A stretch of DNA of 64,000 nt from Escherichia phage vB_EcoM-RPN242. This document shows, piece by piece, positions 58,435-64,000 of the stretch. The DNA lies in the sequence record OL656110.1; one strand, given 5' to 3'. The stretch's first letter is position 1; every line of letters starts with the position of its first letter. The notes under the pieces are model-generated. The model made no database searches and was not told where the DNA came from. It saw only the letters and a list, made by a program, of their open reading frames with translations. The translations under genes were made by a program, and so were the position numbers.

Positions 58435-59644
58435 AATGCCGACGGGCTATACGCCTCCGGCTGAATGGAAGTACCCGATTGACCTGGCTGTTGATTATCG
58501 CAAGCCTGAGAATCGCATGTACTTGCTCAAGGCTTGGGTGGAGGCGCTGTCCTACACAGAAGAGCACAACCAGCAGATGCGTCTGATGGACTATGCGATC
58601 GAAGTCACTGAAGGCATCAGCCTCGAACAGAAAGTCGAGCGCAAGATCTGGATGGCATTCCTGTGGGGTTGTTGCTATAACGCCGTCGGGCCGTGGACGA
58701 TCTACAGTGAGTTCCCTGTGCCGCCTCAGTCTAAGGAAGAGATGCAGCGCTTCTCTGATTGGTATAATCTGAACTTTGAACGCATGCGATTCGATACCGA
58801 CTGTCGCTACCGCAAGTCCAAGATGATCCCGTGTGTTCAGTCCTATATTGACTGGCTGGCTGGCCGTACTCAATATGACGCTTTCCGTGGGATGTTGGTG
58901 TGCATCGATAAGACAGAACAATTCACCCAGCTGTGGGACACGGCGATGTCCTGGAAATACTTCGGTCGCCTGAGCGCCTGGAACTTCCTGGAAGCCCTGA
59001 ACATGGTATTCGGAAACGAATACACCATTGACGTCCCTGGCTTCATGCTGCGTGATCGTGATGGAAGCGAGTCCAACCGTAATGGCGCGGCGTTCTTGTC
59101 CAACCGTGACGATTGGGTGACTAAACACGGGAAGAAAAAGATCAACGGTTGTCCTATCACGGATGAAGAGTGTGACATCCTTGAGGCTGACCTTGAGCAG
59201 GCGTTCCAGGATTGTGTGGCTGAGTTCGGGCACCTGACGTTCATCAACCGTCTGAACTTTGAAACCTCCGGTGCTTGTTGGCTGAAGAAATTCTTCCGAC
59301 TGAAGAATACCCGTTACATCGGGTGGGACGCAGAGCGTACCTGGGATGAGATAGACTACATGGAACGCGTCTGGCCTGAATACTCCTGCGCAGCGCTCTG
59401 GGAAGCCCGTTCGCTCTGGCTGCCAGATACCCTGTTGTGCGAAAAGGCTCCTGCAGGGCACGTTCCAGGCGTCCAGAAGTGGAAGATGCCTGTGTTCTTT
59501 GAGACTGGTGTTCCTCTGCACATCTGGCATCTGCAAAAGGGTACGCGTTGGGAGCCTGACCAGGTGTATCGAGAATTGGGTAAACCGAAGATTGATAAAC
59601 CGAAGTCCAACAGCGTCAACCTCATGGCACTCTTGAAACGCTGA
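58418..59644 (+). CDS. hypothetical 408-aa protein, candidate base-modifying transferase by context
   Basis: GAGGAAG upstream; no motif recognised by eye; assignment rests on neighbourhood with the kinase only. Confidence 0.5.
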   Translation: MHHLSKMPTGYTPPAEWKYPIDLAVDYRKPENRMYLLKAWVEALSYTEEHNQQMRLMDYAIEVTEGISLEQKVERKIWMAFLWGCCYNAVGPWTIYSEFPVPPQSKEEMQRFSDWYNLNFERMRFDTDCRYRKSKMIPCVQSYIDWLAGRTQYDAFRGMLVCIDKTEQFTQLWDTAMSWKYFGRLSAWNFLEALNMVFGNEYTIDVPGFMLRDRDGSESNRNGAAFLSNRDDWVTKHGKKKINGCPITDEECDILEADLEQAFQDCVAEFGHLTFINRLNFETSGACWLKKFFRLKNTRYIGWDAERTWDEIDYMERVWPEYSCAALWEARSLWLPDTLLCEKAPAGHVPGVQKWKMPVFFETGVPLHIWHLQKGTRWEPDQVYRELGKPKIDKPKSNSVNLMALLKR

Positions 59645-59680
59645 TATAAATATCCTCGCCTATAAAGTGAGGATATTATC

Positions 59681-59848
59681 ATGTTACAAGATCTGCTGGT
59701 TTATGCGCTTCCTGGCGTGGTTGTCGGCTTCGTAGCTGGCGCTCTGGTATTCCGCAAACACGCGCAAGACGGTGAAGTGATTGTTCAGAAGGGTAAAGAC
59801 ATCCTGGAACAAATCGAAGCCAAACTGGAAGAGCTGAAGAAAAAGTAA
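59681..59848 (+). CDS. small membrane protein, 55 aa
   Basis: MLQDLLVYALPGVVVGFVAGALVFRK...; ribosome-binding site GAGGA lies inside an 8-bp inverted repeat ATATCCTC/GAGGATAT. Confidence 0.4.
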   Translation: MLQDLLVYALPGVVVGFVAGALVFRKHAQDGEVIVQKGKDILEQIEAKLEELKKK

Positions 59849-59875
59849 TCTGATTGCGATTGCGTTCTTCAATAA

Positions 59876-59916
59876 AGGGGAATGGGTTAATATTAGCCCG
59901 TTCCCCTTTCTTTTTG
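59876..59916 (+). terminator. rho-independent terminator
   Basis: AGGGGAATGGG...CCCGTTCCCCT followed by TTCTTTTTG; preceded by the TTCTTCAATAAA motif. Confidence 0.7.
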
Positions 59917-59930
59917 CAAGGAAATACATC

Positions 59931-60143
59931 ATGGCAATGCAACGAATTGAAGATATGTCCCTACTGGATATGGAAGCGACTTTTGGTGATTACTTTGAGT
60001 CCACTCCGAAACAAAAAGACCCTCTGGTTGGCCGTCTGGTGGTTTCTGAAGCGTTCGCACAGAAAGTTCGCGAAGGTCTTCCACCTGAATATGGGTGCTT
60101 CCGTAATGGCGCTTCCGTTATCGTCATGGGTGAATCTAAATGA
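59931..60143 (+). CDS. hypothetical protein, 70 aa
   Basis: AAGGAAA upstream. Confidence 0.5.
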   Translation: MAMQRIEDMSLLDMEATFGDYFESTPKQKDPLVGRLVVSEAFAQKVREGLPPEYGCFRNGASVIVMGESK

Positions 60144-60526
60144 CACAGTCCGAATACAAACAGTACCTGTACGATCTGTTCATGAAAGAAACGGATGGTA
60201 CACTCCACCCTAAGAAAGCCACTATCGTCTTGCTGTATTCACAAGGTGCCCTGTCATTCTCCTATCTTTTCAAAGAATTGGATCTGATGGGCATTGAATA
60301 TAAAAAGCACATTACGCCAGAACGCACTCTGAAGCGCGCAATCGCTCACTGCGTCCACTCGGTGGCGACTGTTATGTTCCGCCATCACATTACATTCGAT
60401 GAAGCTCTTGACCCACAGTATCACGAAGAGCGTTGGGATCTGTTGTTAAAGAACGGTGCCAAGCCTGAGCACAAAGATCAACTCCTTGGGATGACCAAGG
60501 CGCAACTCGTGGATGGTGTGTTATGA
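60140..60526 (+). CDS. hypothetical protein, 128 aa
   Basis: ATGA overlap with the upstream stop. Confidence 0.5.
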   Translation: MTQSEYKQYLYDLFMKETDGTLHPKKATIVLLYSQGALSFSYLFKELDLMGIEYKKHITPERTLKRAIAHCVHSVATVMFRHHITFDEALDPQYHEERWDLLLKNGAKPEHKDQLLGMTKAQLVDGVL

Positions 60527-61635
60527 TCTATCTCCTGTTTGGTGTGCCATTGATACTGGCCATCCTGTTTGTGGTCTACCACCGCAAGACCCATGAGCCG
60601 AAAGAGACTCTGATTGCGACGGCGATTGTGGTGGTGCTATCCTGTCTGATTCAGGTCGGGGCTTATGCTGCGTTCTCCCTCGGCAGTTCAGGGGACGTTG
60701 AGATACTGAACGGGTACGTCACTGCAAAGGAACGGAATAAGGTGAGCTGTGAGCATTCATATGAATGTATGTGCTATTACACAACATCTTGTACAGGTTC
60801 AGGAAATAACCGATCTTGTACACAAACGCGTCATTGCAGCACATGCTATGAGCACTCTTATGACGTTGATTGGGATGTATTAACAACCGTCGGTGATCTG
60901 AGCATTGACCGTATTGATCGTCAGGGTACTACAGAGCCTCCGCGTTGGACACAAGTTAAAATCGGGGAACCTGCGGCACGTGAACATTCATATATGAATT
61001 ATGTGCTGGGTAACAAAGACTCTCTGTTCTCTCGTTCAGACCAGCAGTTTGCTGAGCGCTTCAAAGACAAGATTCCGAAGTATCCCGAAGTCTATGACTA
61101 CTATCGTGTCACTCGTGTACTGAATGTGTCTGGTCTGGCGTTACCGACCACATACTGGAACGATTATCTGAACAATACTCTGAAAACATTAGGTGCTTCA
61201 CGTCAGGTCAATATCGTCTGGGTTGTGACTTCCGGCCAGCCAGTTGAATACTTCCAGGGCTTGGTCTATGCTTGGGATGGTGGTAAAAAGAACGACGTTA
61301 TCGTCGTGACCGACATCAGCAAAGACCTGAAGATCAACTGGGGTAAGAGCACTTCGTTCGCTGATGGTATGCATAACCGTGAACTCCACTCTCGCAATGG
61401 TATGGCTCTCACAGGACACGACATGGGTGTCGGTGTCATGGCTGATGTTGTCGCTAACATCACCAAAGGCTACAACCGCGTTGAGATGAAGGAAATGGAG
61501 TACCTGAAGTGGCGGGAACTCAAGACCTGGGAAGTTGTGATTGTTGTTCTGCTAGGCTGTCTGCCGTTCACCGCAATTTTCATATTACAGCGAATGGAGT
61601 ACAATGGTGGTCGTCGTTATCCGTTTAATTTTTAA
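60523..61635 (+). CDS. Cys-rich integral membrane protein, 370 aa
   Basis: N- and C-terminal hydrophobic segments; Cys cluster CEHSYECMCYYTTSCTGSGNNRSCTQTRHCSTCYEHSY. Confidence 0.55.
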   Translation: MIYLLFGVPLILAILFVVYHRKTHEPKETLIATAIVVVLSCLIQVGAYAAFSLGSSGDVEILNGYVTAKERNKVSCEHSYECMCYYTTSCTGSGNNRSCTQTRHCSTCYEHSYDVDWDVLTTVGDLSIDRIDRQGTTEPPRWTQVKIGEPAAREHSYMNYVLGNKDSLFSRSDQQFAERFKDKIPKYPEVYDYYRVTRVLNVSGLALPTTYWNDYLNNTLKTLGASRQVNIVWVVTSGQPVEYFQGLVYAWDGGKKNDVIVVTDISKDLKINWGKSTSFADGMHNRELHSRNGMALTGHDMGVGVMADVVANITKGYNRVEMKEMEYLKWRELKTWEVVIVVLLGCLPFTAIFILQRMEYNGGRRYPFNF

Positions 61636-61653
61636 TCAAAAGAGGAAGTAAGA

Positions 61654-62223
61654 ATGTCTCAATCTAAGGGTATCGCAACAGGTTGGATAGTTGGTTTGGC
61701 TTTGCTGGGTATAGTGATTCTCGGCATCAGTACAGTCATCAGCTACTTCAACGACTTCAACCGCACTGAGCAGCAGGTCAAGAAGTTCAACAAAGACTCC
61801 GAGAACTACCTGAGCAACTACACGCTCAAAGTTCAGGAGACGGCGCAGATTCCTGACATGTATAAAGACGGCCTGAAGGAAGTGATCAAAGGCACGTTCG
61901 AAGGGCGTTATGGCGCTGATGGTTCCAAGGCCGTCATGCAGTGGATCCAGGAGCAGAATATTCAGTTCGATTCCAGCCTGTACAAAGAGATCCAGGTGGT
62001 GATCAGTTCTGGGCGTGATGAATTCCGCATCAGCCAGACCAAGAAGCTGGATATCTGCACAATATACGAAACCAAGCTGGCTCAGTTCCCTGGTTCGTTG
62101 ATTGCTGGCATGTTCGGCTACCCGCGCATCGACCTTGACAAGACCTGCCAAGTGGTGAGTGATACCCGTACCCAGGCCGCGTTCGACGCTGGTATTCAGA
62201 AACCGATTAACTTCAAAGGCTGA
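61654..62223 (+). CDS. LemA-family-like membrane protein
   Basis: N-terminal hydrophobic segment; C-terminal YETKLAQFPGSLIAGMFGYPRID resembles the LemA C-terminal motif; AAGAGGAAG upstream. Confidence 0.45.
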   Translation: MSQSKGIATGWIVGLALLGIVILGISTVISYFNDFNRTEQQVKKFNKDSENYLSNYTLKVQETAQIPDMYKDGLKEVIKGTFEGRYGADGSKAVMQWIQEQNIQFDSSLYKEIQVVISSGRDEFRISQTKKLDICTIYETKLAQFPGSLIAGMFGYPRIDLDKTCQVVSDTRTQAAFDAGIQKPINFKG

Positions 62224-62227
62224 TGTC

Positions 62228-62641
62228 ATGAGCGTGAAACTCACTGAATCCCTGACACTGGACCAACAGCAGGCTCTGTTGGATGAGGTGGTGATCTCTG
62301 CTATCAAGCAAGGGATTATCAAAGACGACATGTTGATTGACCGCCCCGAGATGATCCATCATCTGGTGGTGTGCCTGGGTGAGGCCAGCAACCCTCGCAA
62401 GAAGATCGTGCTGTTTACTGATGGTGTGATCCTTCCGAGCGGGAAATGTGCGTTCTTGGATGTGGTTGAACATCCGAACACGAAAGGCAAAGAGGTCAAG
62501 ACTTCTGTTCCGGTGACTCCATACACTGAGGGTGTTGACCAGCTGTCTTGGTTTGAGACAATCAACACCATTTATGTGATGACACCGGACGGTAAACCAG
62601 TTCGGGATCTACGAGGCGGCAAAGTAGAATCTGAAGACTAA
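62228..62641 (+). CDS. hypothetical protein, 137 aa
   Basis: ATG at 62228 just past the upstream stop; track ORF starts earlier in-frame. Confidence 0.45.
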   Translation: MSVKLTESLTLDQQQALLDEVVISAIKQGIIKDDMLIDRPEMIHHLVVCLGEASNPRKKIVLFTDGVILPSGKCAFLDVVEHPNTKGKEVKTSVPVTPYTEGVDQLSWFETINTIYVMTPDGKPVRDLRGGKVESED

Positions 62642-62658
62642 TCGTTCTTCAATAAAAG

Positions 62659-62690
62659 GGGATAGGGTATTATTGCTCTATCCCTTTTTC
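62659..62690 (+). terminator. rho-independent terminator
   Basis: GGGATAG...CTATCCC followed by TTTTT; preceded by TTCTTCAATAAA. Confidence 0.6.
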
Positions 62691-62751
62691 GTGGACAGGA
62701 ACATGACAGACAAGCCAAGAAGATGAAGAACAAACGCCGGAGCAAACGCTG

Positions 62752-63207
62752 ATGACTACCAAACCAACTTATGAAGAACTGGCGCAGACCGTTCTGACCT
62801 TTGACAGTACCCTGAAGAATCTTTACAAGGTGCTGGGAAATAACCCGACTTCAGAGTCAGGAGAAACAGTTAATCTTCTGTTACTGATGAACCCTCTGTG
62901 GGATATTGATACCACTGTTACTGCCCTGAAAGATCCTGGGGCACAGGAGCCGGAGCCAGCCCCTATATCCACTGGGATTCAGAAATACCTGGAGAACTTT
63001 GACGAGTACTCCTTCACCGATCTGCTCCTGCGTGATATGATCAACACAGAACGCCGTCGCCAGGGGAAGAACTGTCCTGTGGTCCAGTCTGATGAAGAAA
63101 TCGAGCAGAGTGTTCGAGAAGATCTGAACAGCACCTACTCGCCGATCGATCTGGCTGTAATGATTGTTCAGGCACTGTCCTATGCTGCCAAGGGGGAAAC
63201 AAAATGA
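62752..63207 (+). CDS. hypothetical acidic protein, 151 aa
   Basis: ORF with GGAG upstream. Confidence 0.5.
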   Translation: MTTKPTYEELAQTVLTFDSTLKNLYKVLGNNPTSESGETVNLLLLMNPLWDIDTTVTALKDPGAQEPEPAPISTGIQKYLENFDEYSFTDLLLRDMINTERRRQGKNCPVVQSDEEIEQSVREDLNSTYSPIDLAVMIVQALSYAAKGETK

Positions 63208-63404
63208 AGAAATCATCTGCGGCTGTTGCTGCTATGCTAGCGCTGTCAGAAATGGAAATCGTCGCCGCGCATCGTGGTGATGACATGTGGGGGCGTCGTT
63301 ACACTCAGGGTGGCACACCCGGCGAACCAGGACATGGTCGTCCATCTGCAACCCGCAAGAAGAAGGCGAAGACCTATGGAAAGAACAAGCGCAAACGTAA
63401 GTGA
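63204..63404 (+). CDS. small protein with a strongly basic C-terminal tail
   Basis: 66 aa ending RKKKAKTYGKNKRKRK; ATGA overlap. Confidence 0.45.
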   Translation: MKKSSAAVAAMLALSEMEIVAAHRGDDMWGRRYTQGGTPGEPGHGRPSATRKKKAKTYGKNKRKRK

Positions 63405-63545
63405 GGAGTGCCTGTAGAAAGATCCTTCAGGCACTCCAAAGTTGGCCAGATCATGGGTGATGTTTGATGACCGACGAGATAATCTTCCTTCGAGCAGAGG
63501 TCGCTCGATTAAGTAAAACCGAACCCAAAAAGTAGAGGATATGTT

Positions 63546-63893
63546 ATGAGTTCTATTGAACAGCTGATCACCCCACAGTATGTGTACTCCAACATTGTTG
63601 AGCACCTGCGCTCACAGTTGAACGTGGGAACCCTGAACAGCACTGACCTGAAAGATCTACAAATCGTTAAAGTCGAAGTGGCGGCCTTTGGTTCTCGCTA
63701 TCACTTCAATGTGGAATACACGCGTGTAGAAGAGCAGCAGTCCTCTATCATCGCGCTGGCTACTCCAGTCAACCCACGCAAAGAGCCTGTGTCGGTCACC
63801 CGCACCATCATCGGCTATCTGGAAGAGAAGTTGGAACCTGGTGCCCAGCGCCCAACATTCGACTTCCAGGCGCGATTTGCCACCGAAGATTGA
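63546..63893 (+). CDS. hypothetical protein, 115 aa
   Basis: AGAGGA upstream; followed by a terminator. Confidence 0.5.
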   Translation: MSSIEQLITPQYVYSNIVEHLRSQLNVGTLNSTDLKDLQIVKVEVAAFGSRYHFNVEYTRVEEQQSSIIALATPVNPRKEPVSVTRTIIGYLEEKLEPGAQRPTFDFQARFATED

Positions 63894-63901
63894 TCTGAAC
63901 A

Positions 63902-63926
63902 AAGCCCTCAGTCGAGGGCTTTTTCA
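63902..63926 (+). terminator. rho-independent terminator
   Basis: AGCCCTCAGTCGAGGGCT followed by TTTTT. Confidence 0.65.
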
Positions 63927-64000
63927 ATTGAAGCCCACCACAGGTATCATACTCACTCAACCAATATGTTTCCCTTTGACATTGATAGGATTTCTATACT

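Noticed and set aside
1-64000. CRISPR arrays, integrase or attachment sites, rRNA genes
   Set aside because: No direct-repeat/spacer arrays, no recombinase-like ORFs and no rRNA-like sequence seen; the window looks like a lytic phage genome.

Overview
This window reads as a 64-kb slice of a large T4-like myovirus genome with Ackermannviridae-like (ViI/CBA120-type) organisation; the family assignment is inference from gene order and the four-tailspike locus, not from a search. Positions 1-41.9 kb are a minus-strand late structural module in T4 order: baseplate wedge, tail fibre, four consecutive tailspike genes, a 1628-aa structural gene, neck/tail-completion genes, small and large terminase, sheath, tube, portal, prohead core, protease, scaffold and major capsid. 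Positions 42.8-45.6 kb are ORF-poor and carry two tRNAs. Positions 45.6-64 kb are mostly plus-strand replication and nucleotide-metabolism genes, including a family-B DNA polymerase. The most notable observations are a 159-aa mini-intein inside the terminase ATPase P-loop, a group I intron with an HNH endonuclease splitting polymerase motif A, a candidate thymidine-hypermodification gene set (PLP enzyme, P-loop kinase, 408-aa partner), and late promoters (CTAAATAcccc) paired with an inverted copy at the ribosome-binding site. Many start coordinates in the ORF track are over-extended TTG/GTG starts; I re-called them by codon arithmetic to the ATG with the best ribosome-binding site. Coordinates of short motifs may be off by 1-2 nt. 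All functional calls rest on motifs I could read directly, not on database searches.
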